From NCBI GenBank assembly GCA_951406725.2, contig OX597840.1:22444001-22508000 (forward strand): a DNA stretch of 64,000 bases. The letters run 5' to 3'. The notes beneath the pieces were generated by a model, which made no database searches, was not told the origin of the DNA, and worked only from the letters and a program-made list of their open reading frames with translations. Position numbers and translations under genes: made by a program. This document shows positions 1 through 11,841 of the stretch, piece by piece. The stretch is from Octopus vulgaris. Its lineage: Eukaryota. Each line of letters begins with the position of its first letter. Positions within the stretch are counted from its first letter, which is position 1.

Positions 1-43
1 TGCTAGCATGGAAAACGGACGTTAAATGATAATGATGATGATG
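1..43 (+). mobile_element. 3' tail of RTE-type LINE/SINE (GCATGGAAAACGGACGTTAAATGATAATGATG)
   Basis: A related tail ends the RTE relics at about 3200, 8510 and 56110; reverse copies at about 805 and 52690. Confidence 0.7.
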
Positions 44-357
44 AAGGTGCATAGCTCAGTGGTTAGAACGTTGGGCTTACAATTGTGAGATTGTGAGTTC
101 AATTCCTGGACTGGACTGTGTGTTGTGTTCTTAAGACACTTTATTTCATGTTACTCCAGTTCTACTGAGCTGCAGAAATGAGTTGCAATGTCACTGGTGC
201 CAAACTGCATCAGTTTTTGCTTTTCCTTTGGAGAGGGGAGCCTGTTATGCATGGATGACTGCTGGTTTTCCATAAACAATCTGGACTTGTGCCTCCAAGG
301 GGAACTTTCTAGGTGCAATCCCATGGTCATTCAAGACCAAAGGGGTCTTTACTCTTT
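44..357 (+). mobile_element. tRNA-derived SINE with CORE-like middle
   Basis: A box TAGCTCAGTGG, B box GTTCAATTCC, non-tRNA body; internally deleted second copy at 377-492; related tail on the minus strand at about 9288-9362. Confidence 0.75.
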
Positions 358-376
358 TATCGTGTGTGTGTGTGTG

Positions 377-492
377 AAGGTGCATAGCTCAGTGGTTAGA
401 GCATTGGCCTCACAATCATGAGGTTGTGAGTTCAATTCCTGGACCAGGTTGTGTTGGGTGTCATTCATGACTGTACCGGGGTCTTTTTACCT
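377..492 (+). mobile_element. Internally deleted copy of the same tRNA-derived SINE
   Basis: Head nearly identical to 44-115, joined directly to the GTCATTCATGAC...GGGGTCTTT tail. Confidence 0.7.
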
Positions 493-923
493 TTGTTATT
501 ATGTGGAATTTGTTGTGAATTCAATTCTGGATTCAAATATTCAATCTCTGCTGAAACCAACTTTGCCTTTCATTCTTTGGAGGTTGATGATTACCAGCCA
601 AATAGCCTTTCCCTTCCCATGCCAGTTCGTTATATTCATCATTGGTAAGATGGCTAAATCATTAGAGCATTGGAGAAAATGCTGACTGGCATTTCTTCCA
701 GCTATCTTCATTCTGAGTTCAAATAATGCTGAGGTCAATGGTCTCAACCAACTCTCTTTCCCTAAAATTGCTGGCTTTTTGCTGAAATGTGAAACTATTC
801 TTCATCATCGTCATTTAATATCCAATTTCCATGCTGGCATGGGTTGGATGGTTTGACTGAGAACTGGCAGGCCGGGAGGCTGCACCAAGCTTCAATCTAA
901 TTTGGCAAAAGCCAAAACATTTG

Positions 924-1146
924 GGCGGTGAACTGGCAGAATCGTTAGCACTCTGGGTGAAGTGTTTAGCAGTATTTTATGTGTCTTCATGTTCTCAGTT
1001 CAAATTCCGCTGAGGTCAACTTTACCTTTCAGGATTGATACAATAAGTACCAGCTGAGTGCTGGGTCAATGTAATTGGCTATCCCCCCTCCCCCCACATC
1101 TTAAGCCTTGTAGCTTTAGTAGAAAGGATTATTATTATTATTATTA
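924..1146 (+). mobile_element. tRNA-derived SINE with Deu/Nin-like core and (ATT)n tail
   Basis: GTTCAAATTCCGCTGAGGTCAACTTT...GATACAATAAGTACCAG core; degenerate copies at about 520-800, 3620-3715 and 59960-60160. Confidence 0.65.
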
Positions 1147-1232
1147 TTTGGTAGTGGTAGTAGTAGTTGTAGTACCACCTATAGTCGAAAGGATTGTTAA
1201 TGATAACAATAACTTTCTTTTATACCTTAGAG

Positions 1233-1608
1233 CAGTGTTTCTCAGTCATTTTTTTATGGCCTGCTTTGGTTTCTAATTTACTCTTATGGACCCTCATATC
1301 CTTTTGATGTTTAAAAAATTATATTTTTATGATTAAATATTATGAATTGAATTTAAAATAAAAAATTCTGTTCATATAGATTGTTAGTGGTTGAGCTTCT
1401 CATTAAAACTTGGGTTTGTTTAAAGGATTTTGTTGATGCCCTATTTACTACTCAAATGTGAAACAAATTTTATCTTTGTTCAGATGTTGCAATGACAAAC
1501 AAATCATTCCATATATGTATATCATATATATTCTCTTTGTCTCTGTTATTTTGTGTGCTTTAGAAGTCTAACAATTTATCTTATATTAACCCCTGTTGAG
1601 AATCACTG
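1233..1608. mobile_element. Non-autonomous hAT (Charlie-like) DNA transposon / MITE
   Basis: TIRs CAGTGTTTCTCA / TGAGAATCACTG (11/12 match) and a perfect 8-bp TSD CCTTAGAG at 1225-1232 and 1609-1616. Confidence 0.9.
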
Positions 1609-1879
1609 CCTTAGAGAAAGATATTGTCATAATATCATAAAAGAATAAAGATCCTTCCTGAGTCATGTAGGCTCATAGAGCCAGTTTCCTTGGTGTGTAT
1701 ATATATATATATATTTTTTTTTAAGTCGCAATATATGGATTCGAGTAATCTGGTAGTACTCAAAAAAAGCTGTGTCATTCTACAAAATATAGAATATATA
1801 GTACGATACGAAAGAAAACGGAATATATAAAGTCATAAATAATAGAGAAATGGTTTGATGAAATTTTATTTAACAATAA

Positions 1880-3208
1880 GAAAATTCTAATAGAATTAAC
1901 CTGGCAAAAAGCCAAAGTCTTAGTAAGAAGGCAGACAAATCACAAATCCCTTCAGGTAGATGCCCTTGCTCAATCTGTAGAAAAGATGTAGGTAGAAACT
2001 CCATAAGATGCACCCAGTGTGAGCTTTGGACACACAAAAGGTGCAGCAACATCAAAGGAAGGTTAACAGGGATGCTAACCTTTGTATGTTGTAGGTGTAC
2101 AGGTACAATAAACACTGAAGATGTGCAGAAAATAGACTCCAACTGCCAGCAGAGAAAGCTAGAAGTAATAGATGGTTAGTGGTGGAGGTGAATGTTCCAA
2201 GAGGTAGTTGTGAGAATAAGATTAGGTTGGACAAAGTTCAGAGAACTTCTACCCCTGCTGGCAACAAAGGGCCTCTCTCTCAGAGTGAAAGGTAGATTGT
2301 ATGATGCTTATGTGTGAACGGCTATGCTGCATGGCAGTGAAACATGGGCTATAACAGCTGAGGACATGCATAGGCTTGAAAGAAATGAAGCTAGTATGCT
2401 TCACTGGATGTGCATTGTCAGTGTGCATGTTTGACAGAGTAAGCATCTGAAGAGAAAAGTTAGGCATAAGAGGAATCAGATGTGGTGTGCAAGGGAGAGG
2501 ACTGTGCTTGTATGGTCATATGATGCATATGGATGCGGACAGCTGTGTAAAGAGGTGCCGATCTCTAACTGTAGGGGGAACCTGTGATAGAGGTAGACCC
2601 AGGAAGACATGGGATGAAGTGGTGAAGCATGAACTTCGAACTTTGAGCCTCACTGAGGCAATGACTAGTGACCAAGACCTTTGGCCATGTGCTGTGCTTG
2701 AGAGGAGCCGTCAAGGCAAGTGCACCTGTGCTGATGGCACATAAAGAATCAGCATGTAAACGTTGGGCTTCACAGAGGCAAAACAGCTGAGTTCCTTTCA
2801 AGCATTGGGCCTCAAGGAAGTAAAACATCTGAGTCCCTTTTGAGTGTTAGGCCTCACAGAGGTGAGGTGGCTGAATTCCTTTTGAGTGTTGGGCCTCACA
2901 GAGGCAATGACCAAGGCCTTTGGCATTGTGTGCTTGAGAAGAAGACCCATCAAGCTGAGCAAAATTGCAGTCATGGCTTATACTAATGTCACACAAATTG
3001 GCACCCAAGCTGGTGGCACGTAAACACACCCCAGTGTCATGCAAATGGCACATAAAAGCACCCATTATATTCTCGGAGTGGTTGGCATTAGGAGGGGGAT
3101 CCAGCTGTAGAAAATCATGCCAAATCAGACTGGAGTCTGGTGTAGCCTTCCAGCATGCCAGCCCAGTCAAACTGTCCAACCCATGCCGGCATGGACAATG
3201 GATGATGA
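1880..3208 (+). mobile_element. 5'-truncated, degenerate RTE-clade LINE (post-RT C-terminus plus 3' UTR)
   Basis: Frameshifted translation gives CSICRK.VGRNSIRCTQC.LWTHKRCS, KFRELLPLL, LHGSETWA and RGRPRKTWDEVV; ends in a (GAT)n-like tail. Confidence 0.85.
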
Positions 3209-3209
3209 T

Positions 3210-3385
3210 ATATGTATCTCCACCCCCAGACAAGACACCAGTCCATTGCAGGATTATTCATTTTTGTCAGCTGAGTGAACTGGAGCAACATGAAATGAAG
3301 TGTTTTGCTCAAACCAGGAATTGAAACCACAATCTTACAATCATATTAGTCCAACACCCAAACCACTAAGCCATGCACCTCCACC
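3210..3385 (-). mobile_element. 5' half of a tRNA/CORE-like SINE; probable 3' half at about 1645-1715, interrupted by the RTE insertion
   Basis: Reverse complement starts GGAGGTGCATGGCTTAGTGG and resembles the head of 44-180. Confidence 0.6.
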
Positions 3386-3481
3386 ATGATATAGCTTCTG
3401 ATTTTTTCTATCTGTTTCTTAGCAGTGTGTGTGTGAAAGCATACATTATCTCTACATGTTTAAAATTCATGAATATTTCAG

Positions 3482-3583
3482 GAAGTCCTTGTGTGGTTGA
3501 CGAAGTTACAGCAGCAACTTGGCGGTGAAGTTTCAGATGATCAACTAAGGGAATTTATATGGAACACCTTGAAATCTGGGCAG
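3482..3583 (+). CDS. CS: Citrate synthase (mitochondrial type), internal exon [34 protein letters not shown]
   Basis: ttcag acceptor and gtaagt donor; 102 nt, phase 0; matches the eukaryotic CS segment EVLVWL...IWNTL.SG. Upstream exons were not found in the window. Confidence 0.95.
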
Positions 3584-4087
3584 GTAAGTTTGCAACAGAT
3601 GACGATTATAAGAACCAACATGTCTATCAGTAAAATAAGTACCAGTTGAGCACTGGGGATGACTTACCCCTAAAATTGCTTGTTTTGTGCCAAAATTGGA
3701 AACCATTATTATTATCAATTTGAGCCTGGCTCTTATTCTTGGTAGAATTTATGTGGTTAGCAGGCTACTACCTTGTAACCTTTGGTTTCCATAAGCTTTC
3801 AAAAGTCTTTCAAGTGCTTAAAACCCTTCTGATAATCTTCTTGTTCCTAAGACCCAAACTTTCTGCAGTAGCTCTACAGGACATTCTTTTCCAGTCTCAT
3901 TGAACTAATGTCTGCATTTTTACTCACAGTTCCTTATGCACCAGTTATTACAGGCAAAATGCTTGCAATTTCAAATGTTTTGGGATTGTACTTTTTTAAA
4001 TTTCCCATCCTCTTTCTTTACAATCCTGGAATCAGACAAACGTGGTGGATCAATTAGTAAGCAGCTTTACTTTTAATTATTATTATT

Positions 4088-4416
4088 AGACTGGTGAGAC
4101 TGACTGGATCAACTCTGAGTATGCTTTTCTAAACAGGAAGAAGGAAACTGAAAGAGAGCACTTTCCCATGCCAGGATGGTAGAGTAATCTGGGATTTTTG
4201 TGTGGGGTTTACCCCAGATTACCCCAAGTGGACTTCCCCACTGTTGGGGATTGTGATTATTATTTATTCTCTAATTTCTATTGTGTATCCTTTTTTATAT
4301 TTCTTTCCCTGTGATTGATGTAAACCCCACCTTTTTGTTTTGTTGTATGTGCTGTCATCCATCCTTTGATATTGTCCTTGTGTCCAATAAAAGAAATCAT
4401 TATAATTATTATTATT
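4088..4416 (+). mobile_element. Probable 3' end of a non-LTR retroelement inserted in an (ATT)n tract just upstream of a CS acceptor
   Basis: (ATT)n on both sides (4075-4087, 4398-4416), T-rich UTR-like body, AATAAA at 4386. Confidence 0.5.
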
Positions 4417-4420
4417 CCAG

Positions 4421-4630
4421 GTTGTGCCAGGCTATGGGCATGCTGTGTTACGGAAAACAGATCCCCGCTACACCTGCCAACGTGAGTTTGCTCTGAAGCA
4501 TCTACCTGATGACCCTCTATTTAAACTGGTGTCACAGCTCTACAAAGTCGTTCCAGACACACTTATGCAGCATGGAAAAGCCAAAAACCCTTGGCCCAAT
4601 GTTGACGCACACAGTGGCGTCTTACTTCAG
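4421..4630 (+). CDS. CS: Citrate synthase exon [29 protein letters not shown]...[15 protein letters not shown]
   Basis: ccag acceptor, gtagag donor, 210 nt; contains the GYGH and PNVD active-site motifs. Confidence 0.98.
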
Positions 4631-4942
4631 GTAGAGTTCACTTGGTACATTTGTGTTGTTGTTGTTGCTGTTTAGCTACCAGGTTGGCTCTGATGCAGCA
4701 GACCTATACTTAAAATACATTAAAGTTATAACATCCTGTCACTTTATTATAAAGACAGACAGTCTAATCTGAGGTTGGTTTGGCTGCTAATTCTAGCAGA
4801 TCAAGTAGCCTTCTTTTTTTCTTTTTTTTCTTGTTAATGTTCATCCATTTTTCTCTAGTTGTGTGTTTATTTGTGGAGAGTTCATACCATTGGTAGACCT
4901 CCACTTAGAATGATGCTACATACATTAATAGTTGGAAGCTTG

Positions 4943-5275
4943 TAAGAGAACTAAACAGCAGAAGGTCTTCAGAGAAACTACCCTACTTCTGTTTTGGCCC
5001 TTAACTTCTTACTCTCAAAAAGGCTGGACTCCATGTATGGCTAGTGGTAAGAAACCCAAGAGAGCTGAAAAGCAGGCCTTCAGAAAAGAAACCATGCCTC
5101 AGGCAAGTGATTTGGCCCTTAACTTCTTACACTCTAAAAGGGTCAGACTGCTTCTGGAGCTAGTGGTAAGAAACTCTCAAGAGAGCTGAACAGCAGAAGG
5201 TCTTCAGAGAAGAAGCCCCACTCAGGCCAGTGTTTTGGCCCCTAACTTCTTGCACTGTAAGGGGACTGGGCTGCA
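4943..5275. repeat. Degenerate tandem repeat, about 120-bp unit, about 3 copies
   Basis: CTAGTGGTAAGAAAC at 5041 and 5160; TTTGGCCCYTAACTTCTT occurs three times. Confidence 0.8.
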
Positions 5276-5782
5276 TCCAGGTCATCATTCCTGGTTGCCT
5301 GGATATCAGAGACTTACACATTTAAACCACCTGGAGATTTCATCTCTTTGTAACTCTTCTCTGTTGACTCAGCTTTCAGACTTAAGAAATAATTTTGGTT
5401 GTCATGGTACCTGAGATTTTAAACTGACTGTTGTTGTTTAGCCCCAGGACAGTCTTGAATGAGTACACCAATCATCAAAAAAACTCTAGTCATGGTTATA
5501 TAGACTATTTTTATATTTAAGACTACTTTGTGTAATAAAGTTGTTACTTTTATAGGATAATGTTCTGTGATTTGAGGACAGTTTCACTACAATTTCTTGC
5601 CAGTAGGGGACTCTTCTTGTAGAGGCCTCCCCCCCCTCCCCGACTCAATAATAGAAGCCAGTCGTGAGTGTGTGTCAGAAGCCAAAACAGACTCTGGAAC
5701 GTGGTGCAGCCCCTGACCTTGCCAGTTCCTGTTCAGTCATCCCATGCCTGCATGAAAAATGGATGTTAAAAGTTGAGGATTC

Positions 5783-5932
5783 CCATACATACTAAAACAA
5801 AGTTAAATTCTTGTCATAGTGTGACCAATGCTTTCATATCCATGAAAGCTATAATTTCCATACATACTAAAACAAAGTTAAAGTCTTGTCATAGTGTGAC
5901 CAATGCTTTCATATCCACGAAAGCTATAATTT
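5783..5932. repeat. 75-bp direct tandem duplication
   Basis: CCATACATACTAAAACAAAGTTAAA...AAAGCTATAATT at 5783 and 5858, nearly identical. Confidence 0.95.
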
Positions 5933-6434
5933 TGTGGGTAGCTCCTCAGACTCTATATATAGACAGATTTAACTTTTCACCTCGTGGAAGCAGAAACGCT
6001 AGGACAAAAATGTCAAACGGTTAACAGGGGTGGGGATTGAGGATGGGACCAGAGGGAAAATGGAAGCTAGAATCTATTTCATTAAGGTTTCACATAAGCT
6101 TAAACAGCAAATGGGGAAACCTAATTTTCCACTAGGTAGCGCTTGAAATGAACATGTTTTGAGAGAATTTCTATGATTATTTAACATGCCAGGCTTGATT
6201 ATAGTTTTAAGAATTTTTGTTCACTCTTTCAAGTGGTGCTTCTGCAACCACTAGTCAGTGTCCCAGAAAGACGTTTTGTCATGGTCCTCGGAGTGCCATA
6301 TGTGGTACCTCAAAGGCTAAGGGGACCCCCCCTCCCCCATATGATATCAGATGGAAGATCATAGAACATCCAAGCTATATATTTAATAGGAGTGGGCACT
6401 GCAAAATCTGCATTGTGAGGTGAAAAGTGAAATT

Positions 6435-6890
6435 CGTCTTTGCAAGAAATATTTTCTCTGTCTGTGGAAGTGAAGCTCTAGGTGTCTGAACTTGCCAATG
6501 ATGGTTTGACCAGTTTTGCTTGAGAAATTTTTCTGTTGCCGATTTCACTTGAATCTGGGCAATCAAGATCAGTCTATATCCAGCTTCTAAAATCCTTAGT
6601 TGAGGAAAATTCCAAGCAAACTGCTCAAGAGTTAACAAAGCAGTTCAACTCACACCTCGGCCTTATAAACACTGTTGCGAATTACGAAATGTATCTAAAA
6701 TTCGTTACTAGGTCTCTTCACTATCCGACCGTTTCTCAGCTTTAATCAAAAAGTTTCCTTCTGTCAAACATTGAAGATTAGACTTGCTACCAAACCTTTC
6801 CTTGGTGAAATCATCACAAGTGAGAAAAAGTGGGTTCTCTATGATTGTAATCTATGAAAATGACAATGGCTAGCACTTGATGAATATTCT
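6435..6890 (+). mobile_element. Degenerate mariner transposase fragment
   Basis: ARNI.SV.G.EAL...TCQ.WF..F and LKSLVEENSKQTAQEL resemble mariner HTH regions; many stops. The preceding 6330-6430 (YDIRWKII...CKIC) resembles a Penelope endonuclease C-terminus. Confidence 0.55.
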
Positions 6891-7028
6891 AAAAAATAGA
6901 AAAGTTACAATGGGGTGCTCAAACCAGAACTCCATCGGACTTAAAACTTTGAATTACGTTTCCTAAAATATGTGACACAGTAATTTCCTGTAAATGTTGT
7001 CTCATGTACCTCTCTCTTTCTTTTTCAG

Positions 7029-7193
7029 TACTACAATCTAAAGGAAATGAACTACTACACAGTACTGTTTGGTGTGTCTCGTGCCCTGGGTTGCATGGCG
7101 TCACTTATCTGGTCCCGAGCACTTGGTCTTCCCTTGGAACGTCCCAAATCCTTTGATATCAAGCACTTGAAGAAGCTGGCTGGTGCTGCATAA
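7029..7193 (+). CDS. CS: Citrate synthase terminal coding exon [54 protein letters not shown]
   Basis: Polypyrimidine tract plus cag acceptor; in frame with the previous exon; FGVSRALG and LERPKS motifs; TAA at 7191-7193. Confidence 0.97.
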   Translation, partial: YYNLKEMNYYTVLFGVSRALGCMASLIWSRALGLPLERPKSFDIKHLKKLAGAA

Positions 7194-7369
7194 TAGTCTA
7201 CTATGCCCTTCCCCCCTCCCTTCTCTTTCTCTTTTCTCTCTCTCTCTCTTCTCCCCCACTCACTTCAGTCACTTACTAAATATGGGACAGGCAAAAAAAC
7301 TGTTCTTCATTGAGATTATGGCACCAGCATGAACAGGTATAGATGTGTGCATGCATGTATTTTGTGTAT

Positions 7370-7552
7370 TTGTGTTGCACATTTATATATGTATGTTTAT
7401 ACATGTGTTTATATATGTGTTCATACATATATATGTGTGTGTGTGTGTGTGTGGCATTAGCCTTATCTAACTTTGATAAGTAGGGGTGTTTGTGTATACA
7501 TACACACACATAAATGCATTTACTATATGTGTCATCTAAAATGCATGTGTGG

Positions 7553-7636
<84 letters not shown>

Positions 7637-7740
7637 TATATACATACATACATATACATAGGTGTGTGTGTGTATATATACACATACACACATGTATACA
7701 TATACACAAGTACATTTGTGTGTGTATATGTGTCTGTGTA
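7370..7740. repeat. (TA)n/(TG)n compound microsatellite downstream of the CS stop codon
   Basis: Direct inspection. Confidence 0.9.
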
Positions 7741-8184
7741 AAAGTGTCTGCTGGTGCCACTAACTAGAGAGTTAACCTAAGTTCCATTGATGTAGCCATT
7801 GTTCTGTCACCTTGTAGATGTGACAATGGAGCAGGTGGTGTTCCTAGTGTCACAATACTTGTGCCCAGCTAACCTGTGCAAAACTAACAACAACCATAAT
7901 GATAAATACATATAAAATAGTATGAAAATATAATCTGAAAAATAGAGGAAGTGAACTCTGGGCTGATATTGATGACAATGTAATAATAATCCAGACAGTA
8001 AAATATTTGAACAAATTTACAGCTGTGCCATGTTGGAATTTTTCTCCTCTTTTATTACTTTGTGCATTTAGTTTTTGTCTCTGATTGGTTTTTGTTTCAT
8101 TTTTATTCCTCTGATTGATATATTAGCTGAAATCATGAAGCTGCTTTTTCTATGAGATATAAAATTAGCTTATGTGCATGTAGA

Positions 8185-8525
8185 TGGATCTTGTGGAAGG
8201 AGGAAACCCAGGAAGACATGGGATGAAGTATTGAAGGCTAGTCTCAAGATACTGAGTCTTACAAAAGAGATGACTAACGACTGAGATATATGGGGCATTA
8301 CTGTATTCACGAAGACCCATCCACAATAGTAGAATTGATATCAGTGCTGGTGCCATGTTAAAAGTACCCAGTACATTCTATGGAGTGATTGGCATTAGGA
8401 AGGGCATCCAGCTGTAGAAACCATACTAAAACAGCCAATGGCGCTTGGTGTGGCCCTTGGCCTTACCAGCTCTGGTCAAGCTGTCCAACCTATGCCAGCA
8501 TGGAAAACAAACGTTAAATATTGAT
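8185..8525 (+). mobile_element. 3' end of RTE-clade LINE
   Basis: G(K)PRKTWDEVL followed by the same 3' UTR as 2590-3208 (GGCATCCAGCTGTAGAAACC...GCATGGAAAACAAACGTTAAAT). Confidence 0.75.
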
Positions 8526-9975
8526 GAGAGGGGGGGGGGTGTCATGGTATTTTCCTGCTGTTAAAATGAAGAATTTGTAACCAACAACAATCAGAGTTGA
8601 ATTATTATAACGATAGATGAACCATACAACCAAGAGAATCAGTGCTGTGTTTATTTGGTCCACTGTATAATTTAGCAGAGAAGATCAAGAAGAAAGTTTG
8701 TGCAATACAATTAATGGAAAAAAATGAAATATCAAATATGACATTGAAGGAAAATGTTTGAAATTTAACACTTGACCTGGTAAACATATCAAGTATTGGG
8801 GATGGTTTGTATGATGTCTTTTTCGATTATCCTTGATTGAATATGCAGCTGTGAGGACCACTATATGGAAAGTGTAATTCGAATTCGATCTAAGAAACTT
8901 TGAATTTGGTGAGAGTTAATGTCATACTAGCTCTGATATCTGTGAGACTGCAAAAATTGGTGGTTAATTTAACTATTTATAGGCTATATTCATGGAAAGT
9001 TCTAGTTGTGCCACTAAACTATCATGTGAGCATTGGATGAAATCTCTGTTGCGCACATGGACAAACCATGATTGAAATTGTGATTTGAGATTTGTATGTG
9101 GTAAAACGCAGGGTTGAATCTAATACTACAGGATGAAGTGGTGATGACTGAGGTCAGGCAGCTGAACCTCAGAGAATATCTTGCAATAGTAAAGGCAACT
9201 GACCATAGAAAGATCTGCCTCGATAGATTCTAATTAACCCATCCAAGCAAAGAAAATGAACGTTAAATGATGATTATATGTATGTAAAGGGTAAACATTC
9301 CTTTTGGTCATGTATGACCATCGGATTGCACGTAGAAATTTCCCCTGCTGAGGCACAAGTCCAGCTAAGGTTGCTTAGGTTCTCCATGTCTCTGATGTTT
9401 ATATATAGATATATGTATATATATATGTGTGTATATATATATATGTATGTATAAAATGAAATAAAGAACATAACACAAAGGATGTCGCGGTACATATGTT
9501 TCAAGATTTATGCAACAACCTATTCTTGCATCAATGTATAATCAACGTAACAGGTGGTTTAAAGCTCTCTTCAGCTGCATGCAATTGCTATACCAAAGAC
9601 TTCCATTACATCATGAAAAAACTGAAAATGTACATTTGGTATTATCTATAATGGTGAGTATATTGAGTTTCACTGAGAAAGTAAGTTTGTAAATCATCAT
9701 AATTAAATAGGTATGTAGGGTATCATAGGATTTCAAAAATCCGTCCGTACTCTATCATCAGTCAACATGGAGTGAATGTTGAGTAGATTCGAGTGGGTTC
9801 ATTCCTCTTGTAAGAGAACGGAATAAGGAGAAGTGGAGGTGTAGAAAAAGAAGAAATAGCGAGAGGAAAGAAAAGTATATATATGGGCATAAATATCTAT
9901 AGATATACATGCGTGTATATATGTGTGTATATGTATGTATGTATATATATATGTATATATGCATATATATATATA

Positions 9976-11740
9976 ACCAAAAAATAAGCAACAAGAATGG
10001 ATCGGTAATTTAGTACAATTGTTTCATGCTATAACAATTTATTAAAGCTGCAAATATAATATGTTAAGTAATCTTCGGCTAATTTCATATAGGTTTTCCA
10101 ATAATGTAAAGACAAAACAGGAAATCTTTATATATTGGATTACATGCTTTATAGCAGACTCATTAAGAAGGAGCTTAACTCAAAGTATAAAATAACAACC
10201 AAGAATAACTTGAAAAAAATTAATCTAGAAATTAAAGAAGTTATGGAAAATTACAATTTGACCGACAGAACAGAGCCTCTTATACCTTGTGAACCAAGGA
10301 TTAAACTTAAGGACCACAAGAAATTTCCTAGAAAACCCCTTGGTAAGACTTATATGTCCAACTAAGTCAGACATTAGCCAACTTAGTAAATCTATCTTGG
10401 ACAATGTTCTACCCCAAATAACCCCTATCCTTCCCTTAAGTCTGTGGTTTAATACTGATGAAGTAATAGATTGGTTTAATTCTCTCGTTAACACTAGCAG
10501 TTTCTCTTTTATTCAATTTGATATCAATAATTATTATTCTAGTATATCCCCCATTTTGCTAAATAAATTGCTTATTTTTGCCATGAATTGCTCCCTTATA
10601 TCTAGAGAAGAAATTGACATAGTTCTACTAGCTAGAAAAATTATCATAGAATTTGAAGGTAAATTATGGACTAGAGCAGATACCCCTAATAATTTTGATA
10701 TACCCATGGGTAACTTTTAATTGACTTTATAGTAAACTAAATTAACCTTACTTAAATAAAAAAATTACTAATTTTCCTAATTCTATTCTATATTTAACAT
10801 GTAATACAATTACCTTAGTTATACATTTGATTTTCACCATAAATTTGAATAGGTACAGTTCCCCTACCATTTGCTATTGATTTTAATTGACCTCTAGATG
10901 TTGACCTAAATTCTTTCTTACCATATAAAAATAAAAGTTAAAATATAAACAAAAATAGCCTTCTTTTCTAGTGTTAACCTTAATTTTCTTACTGTATCTT
11001 TCTCTACCTATGACCCTTTTAGAGTTTCCCTTAGATCTTCCTTTATTTTTAACTCCCACTATAAATTCTGATGGCTTTCAGTTGAAAGCAAGGGGTGGTC
11101 AACCTTACAGTCTCTTAAGAGTAAGATTCCTTCCACACTGACCTAGATTTTCTGTCACCATAGAAATAGACTGATCTTTCATTTTAGTATCATTGTTTCT
11201 TTTACACCCCCAATATTTTTTTCTCCAGCTAATCAGCTTCCTTGACCTACCCTGCTATCATTCCTACTACTATAGAAATTTTTTGCAACAGTTAGATGCA
11301 AACTTAATCGTAGTCTGATTGGCATCTTTCTTCAAGTTTCCTGAAATTTATATCCTCATCTTTATGAGTATATTTACCTTCTCTGGGATGTCAGTAATTA
11401 ATTTGAGAACTTTACATTGTTGGAAAGCATATATGGTTTGCTTGGAATTTTGCTTCAAGTTCCTGGAGCTCAAATCTACAACTTTATTGGTATATTTACA
11501 TTCTCTTAGATGTTACTAATTGATTTGAGAAATTTACATTATTGGAAAACCTATATGAAATTAGATGAAAATTACTTAATATGTATTTGCTGTAATATTT
11601 GCAGCTTTAATAAATTGTTATAGTATGAAACAATTGTACTAAATTACCGATCCATTCTTGTTGCTTATTTTTTGGTAATAATCACCCCACTTAATTTTAT
11701 GGGTAATAGCATTAAAAACTTCTGGTGCATCTGACTTAAG
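9976..11740. mobile_element. Rearranged Penelope-like element: RT fragment on + (about 10110-10720) flanked by an inverted repeat (9976-10110 vs 11533-11675)
   Basis: LKDHK, RLICPTKSDISQLSKSILD, WFNTDEVIDWF, FIQFDINNYYSSIS and DIPMG are PLE RT motifs; about 135-bp inverted repeat is visible directly. Confidence 0.8.
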
Positions 11741-11771
11741 TACCATATTCATTTGAATCTAAATTGTTTTG

Positions 11772-11784
11772 CATATATATATAC

Positions 11785-11841
<57 letters not shown>

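Noticed and set aside
44-450. tRNA genes at about 45-117 and 378-450
   Set aside because: A and B boxes are present, but the cloverleaf is imperfect and both run into SINE body or tail sequence
11067-11090. CTGATGG...GAAAG as a hammerhead ribozyme
   Set aside because: GAAA is sequestered in the GCTTTCA/TGAAAGC hairpin, the core is not CUGANGA, and there are no stems I or III
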